Source of the DNA: a virus
Taxonomy: Duplodnaviria > Heunggongvirae > Uroviricota > Caudoviricetes
Reading direction: 5' to 3' (one strand)
Virus record (IMG/VR): IMGVR_UViG_2778261451_000006
DNA: 36,228 nt
How positions within the stretch are numbered: position 1 is the stretch's first letter; the number at the start of each line of letters is the position of its first letter. Below the pieces are notes generated by a model. That model ran no database searches. It saw only the letters and a program-made list of their open reading frames with translations, and was not told the DNA's origin. Positions 26,597 to 36,228 of this stretch are shown here, piece after piece. Position numbers and translations under genes: made by a program.

Positions 26597-28076
26597 CACC
26601 ATTCCGTCGAATACGCTGGTTCCGCTGTTTTATGCGGAAATGGATAACCAGGCTGCGAATACTGCACAGGACATCGGAGCATCGCTGCTGATTGGTCATG
26701 CCAATAACGGTGCAGAGATTGTTGCCAACAGTCTGGTGCTGATGCCGTCGGCAGACTATGCACGCCAGATTTGTGGTGCGGGAAGTCAGCTGGCGCGTAT
26801 GGTCGAGGCTTATCGCCAGACCGACCCGTTTGGTGAGCTGTATGTGATTGCCGTTCCGGAAGCCACAGGCGCGGCGGCAACGGTTACGCTGACGGTGACC
26901 GGGGAGGCAACCGAAACCGGCAGGGTGAATGTGTATGTGGGACGTACCCGCGTGCAGGCACCGGTGACTAACGGCGATAACGTCACGATGATTGCCAGCA
27001 GTATCCAGGATGCCATCAATGCCGTTCCGACCCTGCCGTTTACGGCTTCATCTTCGGCAGGCGTGGTCACACTGACCGCGCGTCATAAGGGGCTTTGCGG
27101 GAATGAAATTCCTGTCAGCCTCAATTACTACGGCTTCGGTGGGGGCGAAGTGCTGCCAGCAGGCGTACAGATTGCCGTGGCGACGGGGACCGCCGGAACG
27201 GGCGCTCCGGTTCTCACCGGCGCGGTGGCTGCAATGGCGGATGAGCCGTTTGATTATATCGGTCTGCCGTTCAACGACACGGCCTCCCTTAACACGCTGG
27301 TGACCGAGATGAACGATACCAGCGGTCGCTGGAGCTATGCGCGTCAGCTGTATGGCCATGTGTATACGGCAAAGATCGGCACGCTGTCAGAACTGGTGAC
27401 CGCAGGTGACCAGTTTAACCAGCAGCACATTACCCTGGCGGGGTACGAAAAAGACACCCAGACGCCTGCCGATGAGCTGGCGGCAAGCCGTACCGCCCGC
27501 GCAGCGGTGTTTATCCGCAACGATCCGGCACGTCCCACGCAGACCGGTGAGCTGGTGGGTATGCTGCCTGCGCCGAAGGGGAAACGGTTCACGATGACCG
27601 AACAACAGACCCTGCTGTCTCATGGCGTGGCAACGGCGTATGTCGAAAGCGGGGTACTGCGCATTCAGCGTGATGTCACCACGTACAGGAAAAACGCTTA
27701 CGGGGTTGCGGATAACAGCTATCTCGACAGCGAGACGCTGTATACCAGTGCGTATGTACTGCGCAAACTGAAATCCGTCATTACCAGTAAGTACGGGCGT
27801 CACAAGCTTGCCAGCGACGGTACCCGCTTTGGTCCCGGTCAGGCGATTGTCACCCCGGCGGTGATCAAAGGGGAACTGCTGGCAACCTACCGTCAGCTTG
27901 AGCGTGCGGGGATCGTGGAAAACTACGAACTGTTTAAGCAGTACCTGGTTGTGGAGCGTGATGCCAGCGATCCGAACCGCCTGAACACGCTGTTCCCGCC
28001 TGACTATGTTAACCAGTTGCGTGTCTTTGCCGTGGTTAACCAGTTCCGTCTTCAGTATTCAGAGGAGTCTGCATAA
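26580..28076 (+). CDS. tail sheath protein (Mu L-like)
   Basis: 498-aa ORF, size typical of contractile-tail sheath; followed by a tube-sized gene and chaperone/tape-measure genes. Confidence 0.85.
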   Translation: MTISFNTIPSNTLVPLFYAEMDNQAANTAQDIGASLLIGHANNGAEIVANSLVLMPSADYARQICGAGSQLARMVEAYRQTDPFGELYVIAVPEATGAAATVTLTVTGEATETGRVNVYVGRTRVQAPVTNGDNVTMIASSIQDAINAVPTLPFTASSSAGVVTLTARHKGLCGNEIPVSLNYYGFGGGEVLPAGVQIAVATGTAGTGAPVLTGAVAAMADEPFDYIGLPFNDTASLNTLVTEMNDTSGRWSYARQLYGHVYTAKIGTLSELVTAGDQFNQQHITLAGYEKDTQTPADELAASRTARAAVFIRNDPARPTQTGELVGMLPAPKGKRFTMTEQQTLLSHGVATAYVESGVLRIQRDVTTYRKNAYGVADNSYLDSETLYTSAYVLRKLKSVITSKYGRHKLASDGTRFGPGQAIVTPAVIKGELLATYRQLERAGIVENYELFKQYLVVERDASDPNRLNTLFPPDYVNQLRVFAVVNQFRLQYSEESA

Positions 28077-28432
28077 TGGCCCGTATCGGGGGAACCTGTT
28101 ATTTCAAAATTGACGGTCAGCAGCTATCGCTGACCGGCGGCATTGAGGTGCCCATGAACAGGACGGTCAATGATGACATCATCGGCCTGGACGGTTCAGT
28201 GGACCGCAAGGAAACTCACCGTGCGCCTTATGTCAAAGGGACCTTCAAGGTGCCGAAGAATTTTCCGGTGAGCAAAATCACCTCGTCTGATGAGATGACC
28301 ATCACTGCCGAGCTGGCGAACGGTCAGGTCTATGTATTGTCGTCCGCCTGGCTGCACGGCGAAGCGAACCATAATGCCGAAGAAGGCACGGTTGATCTTG
28401 AGTTCCACGGTGAAGAAGGGGATTACCAGTAA
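28076..28432 (+). CDS. tail tube protein
   Basis: 118-aa ORF immediately after the sheath (ATG overlaps stop). Confidence 0.8.
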   Translation: MARIGGTCYFKIDGQQLSLTGGIEVPMNRTVNDDIIGLDGSVDRKETHRAPYVKGTFKVPKNFPVSKITSSDEMTITAELANGQVYVLSSAWLHGEANHNAEEGTVDLEFHGEEGDYQ

Positions 28433-28701
28433 TGAAAGAGCTTGAGTTAAAGAAACCGATTATCGCTCATGGCGAGACACTCTCCGTACTGGAGTTTGAT
28501 GAACCCACCGGGAAGGATGTCCGCGAGCTGGGGTATCCCTACCAGATGAATCAGGATGAGTCCGTCAGACTTCTGGCGCATGTGGTGTCGAAATACATTG
28601 TGCGGCTGGCGAAAGTGCCGCAAAGCTCTGTCGACCAGATGTCTCCGGCAGACCTGAATGCAGCGGCGTGGCTTGTGGCTGGTTTTTTCCTCCAGGCCTG
28701 A
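28432..28701 (+). CDS. tail assembly chaperone (zero-frame product)
   Basis: 89-aa ORF between tube and tape measure; slippery heptamer TTTTTTC at 28683–28689 near its 3' end. Confidence 0.6.
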   Translation: MKELELKKPIIAHGETLSVLEFDEPTGKDVRELGYPYQMNQDESVRLLAHVVSKYIVRLAKVPQSSVDQMSPADLNAAAWLVAGFFLQA

Positions 28702-28850
28702 CGGCTGAATACCTCACTGATCGCTTCTTTGACTGCGCCAGCTACTGGCGCATTAATCCCTTCGAATTGCTGAATATGCCGATCAGTGAAATTCCCTTGC
28801 TGGTCAGTCAGGCAAACAGGATAGAGCAGGAGAAACGCACACATGGCTGA
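28668..28850 (+). CDS. tail assembly chaperone, -1 frameshift extension
   Basis: -1 frame ORF overlapping the chaperone 3' end and running to the tape-measure start; reached by a -1 slip at TTTTTTC. Confidence 0.5.
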   Translation: MACGWFFPPGLTAEYLTDRFFDCASYWRINPFELLNMPISEIPLLVSQANRIEQEKRTHG

Positions 28851-30678
28851 ATTTGAGCTTAAGGCGTTGATCACCGGTGTCGACAGGCTTTCTCCCGCGC
28901 TGTCGAAAATGCAAAAGAAAATCCGGGGACTTAAACGCCAGGCTGAAGAAGCGTCACAGGGTGGGCTGGCGCTTGGTGGCGGACTGGCAGCGGGTCTGAC
29001 GCTTTCCCTGAAATCTTATGCCGTTCAGGAAAACGCCGCCACCGGGCTGAAAGTCGCCATGATGGATGCGAACGGCGAGGTTGGAAAGAGCTTTCAGGAC
29101 ATCAATAAACTGGCTATTGGCCTGGGTAACCAGCTACCCGGTACAACGGCTGATTTTCAGAACATGATGCAGATGCTGGTGCGTCAGGGGATCCCGGCAG
29201 AAAACATTCTGGGTGGTGTGGGTAAAGCGACAGCTTATCTTGCGGTACAACTGAAAAAAACACCGGAAGCGGCTGCTGAGTTTGCTGCAAAGATGCAGGA
29301 TGCTACCGGAACGGCCTCAGAAGACATGATGGGGCTGTTCGACACAATTCAGAAGGCGTTTTATCTGGGCGTTGACGACACCAACATGTTGTCATTCTTC
29401 ACTAAAACCAGCTCTGTTCTGAAGATGGTGAACAAGGACGGTCTTCAGGCTGCACAGAGTCTTGCCCCCATCAGTGTCATGATGGATCAGATGGGGATGA
29501 ACGGGGAGTCGGCAGGTAATGCCCTGCGAAAAGTTATCCAGTCCGGATTAAGCGTTAAGAAAATCAGGGACGTCAATAAAATCATGGCCCGCCAGAAACT
29601 CGGGGTACAGCTCGATTTTACTGATGGCAAAGGGAGTTTTGGCGGTCTTGATAACATGTTCAGGCAACTGGCAAAGCTGCGAAAACTGACCGACGTTAAG
29701 CGAACCGGTGTACTTAAGGCAATATTTGGTGATGATGCCGAAACCCTTCAGGTGGTCAATGCGCTGATCGATAAAGGAAAGGATGGCTACGATCAGATCC
29801 AGCAGAAGATGAATAAACAGGCCAGCCTGAATAAACGTGTTCAGGCCCAGCTTGGTACGCTGTCCAACCTGTGGGAGGCAATGACGGGGACCGCAACTAA
29901 CGGCCTTGCGGCTATTGGCGGCGCATTTTCTGGTGACGCCAAAAATATCACGCAATGGCTGGGGGAGTTGGGGGAGAAATTCACGAAGTTTGCGGATGAA
30001 AATCCCCGGGTTATTCGCGGCGTCGTCGGGCTTGCTGCCGGTCTTGCGATTCTGAAACTGGGATTGATGGGCGTGGGCGGTGCCATCAGTATTGTCAGCA
30101 GGATCATGTCGATGACGCCGATTGGCATGATTGCGACGGCGATTGCTCTGGCTGCGGGATTAATTATCACTAACTGGGATGTTGTCGGACCTTATTTCAA
30201 GAAGCTCTGGGAAACTATTGGTCCTTATTTTGAGGCAGGCTGGGAACTTCTGAAGAAGGTTTTTGCCTGGTCGCCGCTGGGGATGGTGATCAATAACTGG
30301 GGACCGGTTGTTAAGTGGTTTCAGGATATGTGGGACAAGCTGAAGCCGATTATTGAATGGTTTACCGACAGTTCCGGTGACACGGTCGATGCCATTAACT
30401 CGGCGCAGTGGGGCGCGGGTGCTTATGATGCTTATGGGACGGGAATACCGCCACGGGGATACACTCCTTATCCGGCGGTGGATCCGGCTCAGGCAAACAA
30501 CGCCTCCGGTGCCACAGGCCCGAATCCCTTCATGATCAACAAAGCTTCTGCGCCAAAAGTTGATGGTGAGATCAAGGTCTCTTTTGTGAATTCGCCTCCG
30601 GGTATGCGGGTTATGGAAACGCGATCCAGCGGTTTTGATGTCAGCCATGATGTTGGCTATACGCGCTTTGGCAGGTAA
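28843..30678 (+). CDS. tail tape measure protein
   Basis: 611-aa ORF; Ala/Gly-rich helical segments and a hydrophobic central region; follows the chaperone pair. Confidence 0.85.
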   Translation: MAEFELKALITGVDRLSPALSKMQKKIRGLKRQAEEASQGGLALGGGLAAGLTLSLKSYAVQENAATGLKVAMMDANGEVGKSFQDINKLAIGLGNQLPGTTADFQNMMQMLVRQGIPAENILGGVGKATAYLAVQLKKTPEAAAEFAAKMQDATGTASEDMMGLFDTIQKAFYLGVDDTNMLSFFTKTSSVLKMVNKDGLQAAQSLAPISVMMDQMGMNGESAGNALRKVIQSGLSVKKIRDVNKIMARQKLGVQLDFTDGKGSFGGLDNMFRQLAKLRKLTDVKRTGVLKAIFGDDAETLQVVNALIDKGKDGYDQIQQKMNKQASLNKRVQAQLGTLSNLWEAMTGTATNGLAAIGGAFSGDAKNITQWLGELGEKFTKFADENPRVIRGVVGLAAGLAILKLGLMGVGGAISIVSRIMSMTPIGMIATAIALAAGLIITNWDVVGPYFKKLWETIGPYFEAGWELLKKVFAWSPLGMVINNWGPVVKWFQDMWDKLKPIIEWFTDSSGDTVDAINSAQWGAGAYDAYGTGIPPRGYTPYPAVDPAQANNASGATGPNPFMINKASAPKVDGEIKVSFVNSPPGMRVMETRSSGFDVSHDVGYTRFGR

Positions 30679-30738
30679 TGAAAAATTAATCTGTTAATGA
30701 GTCCCACTCCGGTGGGATTTTTTATGTACGGAGTTTAT

Positions 30739-32067
30739 ATGACGTGGAAAGACAGACTTCAGGACGCGTCATTTCGCGGTGTGCCGTTTAAGGTTGAAGA
30801 AGAAAGTACGGGAACCGGTCGTCGTGTGGAAACGCACGAATACCCGAACCGCGACAAACCCTATACCGAAGACCTGGGGAAAATCACTTTCCGCCCGTCC
30901 ATCACAGCTTATGTGGTGGGAGATGACTGCTTTGACCAGCGCGATCGCCTGATTGACGCGCTGAATAAACCCGGTCCCGGCACGCTTGTCCATCCGACTT
31001 ACGGTGAGCTGAAAGTCTGTGTTGACGGAGAGGTTCGGGTCAGCACATCGAAGAGTGAAGGGCGTATTGTCCGCTTTGACCTGAAGTTTGTCGAAGCGGG
31101 AGAACTCTCTTACCCCACATCAGGTGCGGCGACGGCGCAGACGCTGATGTCATCCTGTTCTGCACTGGATGACTGCATCAGTGACAGTTTCAGTAGTTTC
31201 AGTATCGATGGCGTGGCAGATTTTGTGCAGAACGACGTCGTCGGTAATGCCGGCACAATGCTTGGGTATGTTTCTGATGCGATGAAAGTGGTGGATTCTG
31301 CCGTATCGGATGCCGCCAGGCTGTTGCAGGGGGATATCTCGGTACTTCTGCCGCCGCCATCGTCAGGCAAAAATTTCGTTGAGCAGGTGCAGAAAATGTG
31401 GCGTACCGGGAAACGCCTTTATGGTAACGCCAGCGACCTGGTCACCATGATCAAAACGCTTTCCGGTGTCAGCCTCGGCAGCGATCTGCAACCGCGCGGC
31501 GTCTGGAAAACGGACAGTAAAACCACCGCCACGGCTACGCAGCTGCGTAATGTGGTTGCCAGCACCCTTCGTACGACCGCAATCAGCGAAGCGGCGTATG
31601 CCGTCACCCGATTGCCTGCGCCAACAACTTCCGCGGTGATGCAGAATGCCGCAGTGGGGCAGGCAACAACACCCGCGCAGAGCACTGACTGGCCTTCCGT
31701 CACGCATCCGGCACTGAACAATGATCCGGCGGTGAAAAGCACGGTTGACCTGCCGACGTGGGAAGAACTGACTGACATTCGCGACACACTGAATACGGCA
31801 ATTGATAAGGAGTTGTCCCGTACAACCAGTGATGCGCTGTTTCTGGCGCTGCGCCGGGTGAAAGCAGATCTGAATGCGGATATCAACACGCGCCTTGAAC
31901 AGTCTGCACGGATCATTCAGCGCACGCCGGATGAGGTTTTACCCGCGCTGGTGCTGGTGGCGACCTGGTTTGATAATGCGGCGCGTGACGCGGACATTAT
32001 CCGGCGTAATGCCATTACGCATCCCGGCTTTGTGCCGGTGATCCCTCTGAAGGTGCCAGTGCAATGA
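30739..32067 (+). CDS. DNA circularization protein (Mu N-like)
   Basis: ATG at 30739 with GGAG 6 nt upstream; MTWKDRLQDASFRGVPF N-terminus recalled as Mu N-type; follows tape measure. Confidence 0.75.
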   Translation: MTWKDRLQDASFRGVPFKVEEESTGTGRRVETHEYPNRDKPYTEDLGKITFRPSITAYVVGDDCFDQRDRLIDALNKPGPGTLVHPTYGELKVCVDGEVRVSTSKSEGRIVRFDLKFVEAGELSYPTSGAATAQTLMSSCSALDDCISDSFSSFSIDGVADFVQNDVVGNAGTMLGYVSDAMKVVDSAVSDAARLLQGDISVLLPPPSSGKNFVEQVQKMWRTGKRLYGNASDLVTMIKTLSGVSLGSDLQPRGVWKTDSKTTATATQLRNVVASTLRTTAISEAAYAVTRLPAPTTSAVMQNAAVGQATTPAQSTDWPSVTHPALNNDPAVKSTVDLPTWEELTDIRDTLNTAIDKELSRTTSDALFLALRRVKADLNADINTRLEQSARIIQRTPDEVLPALVLVATWFDNAARDADIIRRNAITHPGFVPVIPLKVPVQ

Positions 32068-33143
32068 ACGACAATGTCACGCTACGGGTAAATGGCCGGG
32101 AGTGGAATGGCTGGACATCGGTGCGCATCGGTGCCGGTATTGAACGGCTGGCGCGGGATTTCAGTGTGGAGATCACCCGCCAGTGGCCGGGAGATGAGGG
32201 TATCACCACGCTTCAGCCGCGCATTAAAAACGGTTCAAAAGTGGAAGTGCTGATTGGTGATGAGCTGGTGATCACCGGCTGGGTGGAGGCGACGCCCGTT
32301 CGTTACGATTCCCGTTCGGTCAGCACCGGTATTGCCGGACGCAGTCTGACGGCTGACCTGATTGACTGTGCAGCCGAACCGACACAGTTTAACGGACGCT
32401 CGCTGGTGCAGATTGCGCAGGCGCTTGCTGCGCCTTTCGGCATTGAGGTGGTGAACAGCGGTGCGCCGTCGGGTGTTATTCCTGATGTTCAGCCTGATCA
32501 CGGTGAAACGGTGATTGAGGTAATCAACAAAATACTCGGTCAGCAGCAGGCACTGGCTTACGACGACCCGCACGGCAGGCTGGTGATTGGCGGTATTGGC
32601 TCAACGCGGGCACATACTGCGCTGGTACTCGGGGAAAACATCCTTTCCTGCGATACGGAGAAGAGTATCCGGGAGCGGTTTTCTGTTTACCAGGTGGCGG
32701 GGCAGCGTGCCGGAAACGACGATGATTTCGGTGAGGCCACCACCACCGCGCTGCGGGCCCGCACAGAGGACGCATTTATTGCCCGTTACCGTCCGATGTA
32801 TATCAGGCAGACAGGGCAGGTCACGGGGGCAGGTTGTATTGCGCGTGCTGACTTTGAAGCCCGACAACGGGCGGCGCGGACGGATGAAACCACCTATGTG
32901 GTGCAGGGCTGGCGACAGGGTAACGGTACGCTGTGGCAGCCCAACCAGCGGGTGATTGTCTTCGATCCGGTCTGTGGTTTCGACAATACCGAACTGCTTG
33001 TCTCGGAAGTCACGTTTACTCAGGACCAGAACGGCACCCTGACGGAAATCCGTGTCGGCCCACCTGATGCTTATCTGCCTGAACCCGAAGCCCCCGGCGC
33101 GCGGAAAAAGAAAAAAGCCAGAGTACAGGAGGACCCGTTCTGA
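32064..33143 (+). CDS. baseplate hub protein (Mu P-like)
   Basis: 359-aa ORF in conserved order after the circularization gene. Confidence 0.7.
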   Translation: MNDNVTLRVNGREWNGWTSVRIGAGIERLARDFSVEITRQWPGDEGITTLQPRIKNGSKVEVLIGDELVITGWVEATPVRYDSRSVSTGIAGRSLTADLIDCAAEPTQFNGRSLVQIAQALAAPFGIEVVNSGAPSGVIPDVQPDHGETVIEVINKILGQQQALAYDDPHGRLVIGGIGSTRAHTALVLGENILSCDTEKSIRERFSVYQVAGQRAGNDDDFGEATTTALRARTEDAFIARYRPMYIRQTGQVTGAGCIARADFEARQRAARTDETTYVVQGWRQGNGTLWQPNQRVIVFDPVCGFDNTELLVSEVTFTQDQNGTLTEIRVGPPDAYLPEPEAPGARKKKKARVQEDPF

Positions 33144-33691
33144 TGGGGACGATTGAAGCCATGCAGCGACAACTTCTCGGCCTGATTGGGCGGGCAGTGG
33201 TGAAAAGCATCAGTGCCGCCACGAAATGTCAGACCGTGGATGTGTCCCTGATTGCCGGTGAACCCAAAGCCGGGGTTGAACATCTTGAACCCTACGGTTT
33301 TACCGCAAGGGCAAACAGCGGTGCGGAAGCGGTGGTGTTGTTTCCGGATGGCGACCGTTCTCATGCGGTGGTTGTTACGGTGTCGGACCGGCGCTACCGC
33401 CTGAAAGGGCTGCAGACGGGTGAGGTGGCTGTCTATGACGATCAGGGGCAGTCTGTGACGCTGACCCGGGAGGGGATCGTGGTGGACGGTGCAGGTAAAA
33501 CGATCACGTTTCGCAATGCACCTGAAGCACGTTTTGAAATGGACCTGGAAGTGACCGGACAGGTGAAAGACCTGTGCGACTCCGGCGGCACCACCATGTC
33601 AGCGATGCGGCTTGCCTATAACGGGCATCGTCACAGAGAAAACGGTCAGGGCAGTAACACCGACAAACCTGATAAAGCGATGGAGGCATGA
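33143..33691 (+). CDS. baseplate assembly protein V / spike-like
   Basis: 182-aa ORF in conserved baseplate order. Confidence 0.7.
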   Translation: MGTIEAMQRQLLGLIGRAVVKSISAATKCQTVDVSLIAGEPKAGVEHLEPYGFTARANSGAEAVVLFPDGDRSHAVVVTVSDRRYRLKGLQTGEVAVYDDQGQSVTLTREGIVVDGAGKTITFRNAPEARFEMDLEVTGQVKDLCDSGGTTMSAMRLAYNGHRHRENGQGSNTDKPDKAMEA

Positions 33692-34116
33692 TGGAACTGT
33701 GGCTGACGGTGAACGGTAAACGCACCTGCGCCAGCGCACCGCTGGATCCGCTGACCCGCGCCGTGGTGATTTCCCTGTTCACCTGGCGGCGGGCGGAGCC
33801 TGATGACAATGCCGACGTCCCGATGGGATGGTGGGGGGATACCTGGCCTGCGGTACAGAATGATCGTTACGGCTCCCGGCTGTGGCTGCTTCAGCGCAGC
33901 AAACTGACCAATCAGCTGGTGCAGACGGTAAGGGGGTATATCCGCGAATGCCTGCAATGGATGATTGATGACGGCGTGGTGTCCCGTATTGATCTGGATA
34001 TCCGCCGCACCGGGATTAATGAGCTGGGTAACAGTATCACCCTCTGGCGTCGCGATGGACCAGTAATGATTTCTTTTGATGATCTGTGGAGTGCGATAAC
34101 GCATGGCGGACAGTGA
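33688..34116 (+). CDS. baseplate wedge protein (GPW/gp25-like)
   Basis: 142-aa ORF in conserved baseplate order. Confidence 0.7.
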   Translation: MMELWLTVNGKRTCASAPLDPLTRAVVISLFTWRRAEPDDNADVPMGWWGDTWPAVQNDRYGSRLWLLQRSKLTNQLVQTVRGYIRECLQWMIDDGVVSRIDLDIRRTGINELGNSITLWRRDGPVMISFDDLWSAITHGGQ

Positions 34117-35155
34117 ATTTCAGCGCCCGACGCTGGCAGAAAATATCAGTATGCTCCGTAACGATTTATTCGCCAGGCTGGACGTCAGCGACACGCTCCG
34201 GCGCATGGATGAAGACGTGCGGGCAAAGGTGTATGCGGCGGCGCTGCATACGGTTTACGGTTACATCGATTATCTGGCAATGAACATGCTGCCTGACCTG
34301 TGCGATGAGTCCTGGCTGGCGCGACATGCTGCGATGAAACGGTGTCCGCGCAAGGGGGCCACGGCTGCCAGCGGGTATATGCGCTGGGAAGGTGTCAGCG
34401 ATGGCCTGAAGGTGACCGCCGGGAGCGTGATTCAGCGCGATGACCTGGTTCAGTACACGGCAACTGCTGATGCAACCAGCTCCGGTGGTGTCCTGCGCGT
34501 GCCGATCGCCTGCTCAAGTGCAGGCGCGGTCGGTAACGCTGACGACGGTACGGCATTAATCCTGGTCACGCCGGTGAATGGTCTGCCGTCTTCCGGTGTT
34601 GCAGATACCCTGACTGGCGGATTCGATACTGAAGATCTGGAAACGTGGCGCGCCCGCGTCATTGAGCGGTATTACTGGACGCCTCAGGGCGGGGCTGACG
34701 GGGACTATGTTGTCTGGGCTAAAGAAGTGCCCGGCATTACCCGCGCATGGACATACCGTCACTGGATGGGAACGGGAACTGTCGGTGTGATGATTGCCAG
34801 CAGTGACCTGATTAATCCCATTCCGGAAGAATCAACGGAAACGGCGGCAAGACAACACATTGAGCCACTGGCCCCGGTGGCAGGCTCTGATTTGTATGTA
34901 TTCAGGCCGGTGGCGCATAAAGTGGATTTTCATATCCGCGTGACGCCGGACACACCGGAAATACGGGCTGCCATCACCGCCGAGTTGCGTTCGTTCCTGC
35001 TGCGTGATGGTTATCCGCAGGGAGAACTGAAGGTGTCGCGTATCAGTGAGGCGATTTCCGGTGCGAACGGGGAATACAGCCATCAGTTGCTTGCACCGGC
35101 AGACAATATCTCCATTGCAAAAAATGAACTGGCGGTACTGGGGACGATTTCATAG
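34103..35155 (+). CDS. baseplate J-like protein
   Basis: 350-aa ORF in conserved position after the GPW-like gene. Confidence 0.8.
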   Translation: MADSEFQRPTLAENISMLRNDLFARLDVSDTLRRMDEDVRAKVYAAALHTVYGYIDYLAMNMLPDLCDESWLARHAAMKRCPRKGATAASGYMRWEGVSDGLKVTAGSVIQRDDLVQYTATADATSSGGVLRVPIACSSAGAVGNADDGTALILVTPVNGLPSSGVADTLTGGFDTEDLETWRARVIERYYWTPQGGADGDYVVWAKEVPGITRAWTYRHWMGTGTVGVMIASSDLINPIPEESTETAARQHIEPLAPVAGSDLYVFRPVAHKVDFHIRVTPDTPEIRAAITAELRSFLLRDGYPQGELKVSRISEAISGANGEYSHQLLAPADNISIAKNELAVLGTIS

Positions 35156-35157
35156 AC

Positions 35158-35736
35158 GTGACAAACGATGATTACATCCGTCTGTTGTCGGCACTGTTGC
35201 CCCCCGGTCCGGCGTGGTCAGCCAGCGATCCGGCGATTGCCGGTGCGGCACCGTCATTAACCCGCGTTCATCAGCGTGCGGATGCCCTGATGCGGGAGCT
35301 GGATCCGCGCACCACCACCGAACTGATAAATCGCTGGGAGCGTCTGTGCGGCCTGCCGGATGAATGTATTCCCGCAGGGACACAGACCCTTCGCCAGCGT
35401 CAGCAACGGCTGGATGCGAAGGTTAACCTGGCGGGCGGCATCAACGAGGATTTTTATCTTGCACAGCTTGCTGCCCTGGGCAGACCAGATGCCACCATCG
35501 CGCGATACGACAAAAGCACGTTCACCTGCTCATCGGCCTGTACTGACGCTGTGAACGCGCCTGAATGGCGGTATTACTGGCAGGTCAACATGCCAGCCGC
35601 CACCAACACCACCTGGATGACATGTGGCGATCCCTGTGATTCCGCACTGCGTATCTGGGGCGACACAGTTGTCGAATGTGTGCTTAACAAACTCTGCCCG
35701 TCGCATACCTACGTAATTTTTAAATATCCGGAGTAA
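35158..35736 (+). CDS. tail protein (Mu gp48-like, DUF2313-type)
   Basis: 192-aa ORF from GTG directly after the J-like stop; sits before the fibre gene. Confidence 0.65.
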   Translation: MTNDDYIRLLSALLPPGPAWSASDPAIAGAAPSLTRVHQRADALMRELDPRTTTELINRWERLCGLPDECIPAGTQTLRQRQQRLDAKVNLAGGINEDFYLAQLAALGRPDATIARYDKSTFTCSSACTDAVNAPEWRYYWQVNMPAATNTTWMTCGDPCDSALRIWGDTVVECVLNKLCPSHTYVIFKYPE

Positions 35737-35739
35737 TCC

Positions 35740-36228
35740 ATGCATCGTATAGACACGAAAACCGCGCAGAAGGATAAGTTCGGCGCGGGTAAGAACGGTT
35801 TTACCCGTGGTAACCCCCAGACCGGCACGCCTGCCACCGATCTGGATGATGACTACTTTGACATGTTGCAGGAGGAGCTTTGCAGCGTTGTGGAGGCGTC
35901 CGGTGCCAGCCTGGAGAAGGGGCGGCACGACCAGCTACTTACCGCGCTTCGCGCGCTGCTGTTAAGCCGCAAGAATCCGTTTGGCGATATCAAATCGGAT
36001 GGCACGGTGAAAACGGCTCTCGAAAACCTTGGTTTGGGAGAAGGCTCTGCATTACCTGTTGGTGTCCCTGTTCCGTGGCCTTCAGCCACTCCGCCAACAG
36101 GCTGGCTGAAATGCAATGGTGCAGCTTTTTCTGCTGAAGAATACCCGGAACTGGCAAAGGCTTATCCGACAAATAAATTGCCTGATTTACGTGGTGAGTT
36201 TATTCGCGGCTGGGATGACGGGCGCGGG
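35740..36228 (+). CDS. tail fibre protein, 5' part (truncated by window end)
   Basis: ATG at 35740; tail-collar-like segment [21 protein letters not shown]...[17 protein letters not shown]; no stop before the window end. Confidence 0.7.
   Translation, partial: MHRIDTKTAQKDKFGAGKNGFTRGNPQTGTPATDLDDDYFDMLQEELCSVVEASGASLEKGRHDQLLTALRALLLSRKNPFGDIKSDGTVKTALENLGLGEGSALPVGVPVPWPSATPPTGWLKCNGAAFSAEEYPELAKAYPTNKLPDLRGEFIRGWDDGRG

Noticed and set aside
19149-36172. Many antisense or out-of-frame ORFs inside terminase, portal, capsid and tail genes (for example 19149–19589, 21322–21804, 25216–25713, 25803–26393, 27387–27803, 30160–30648, 33646–34104)
   Set aside because: All lie within or opposite long ORFs with clear structural-gene character; their translations are Arg/Pro/Gly/Cys-rich, as expected from GC-rich antisense frames.

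Overview
The window is the left part of an integrated temperate phage (lambdoid layout) sitting at the proA–thrW junction. It starts with a complete host proA (1–1254) and tRNA-Thr thrW (1369–1444), followed immediately by a P22-type integrase and excisionase. Downstream on the minus strand is an early-left module resembling the E. coli YfdP/Q/R/S/T prophage proteins, then a cI-like repressor divergent from a cro-like gene. The plus strand then carries a replication gene with internal iterons, a nin-like block (Dam methyltransferase, LexA-like binder, RusA, KilA-N, DUF968), antiterminator Q, a lysis cassette, HNH endonuclease, terminase, HK97-type head genes and a Mu-type contractile tail; the window ends inside a tail-fibre gene. 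The overall mosaic is reminiscent of SfV-like phages, recalled from memory rather than searched. All calls rest on reading the ORF translations and sequence motifs; no database search was run. The most interesting parts are three AT-rich insertions of unknown function at classic moron positions: a two-gene cassette between Q and the holin (14372–15703), a convergent gene pair next to a GC-rich structured non-coding stretch in the immunity region (5441–6590), and a reverse-oriented orphan gene between the spanins and HNH (17872–18153). No CRISPR array, IS element or rRNA was seen.
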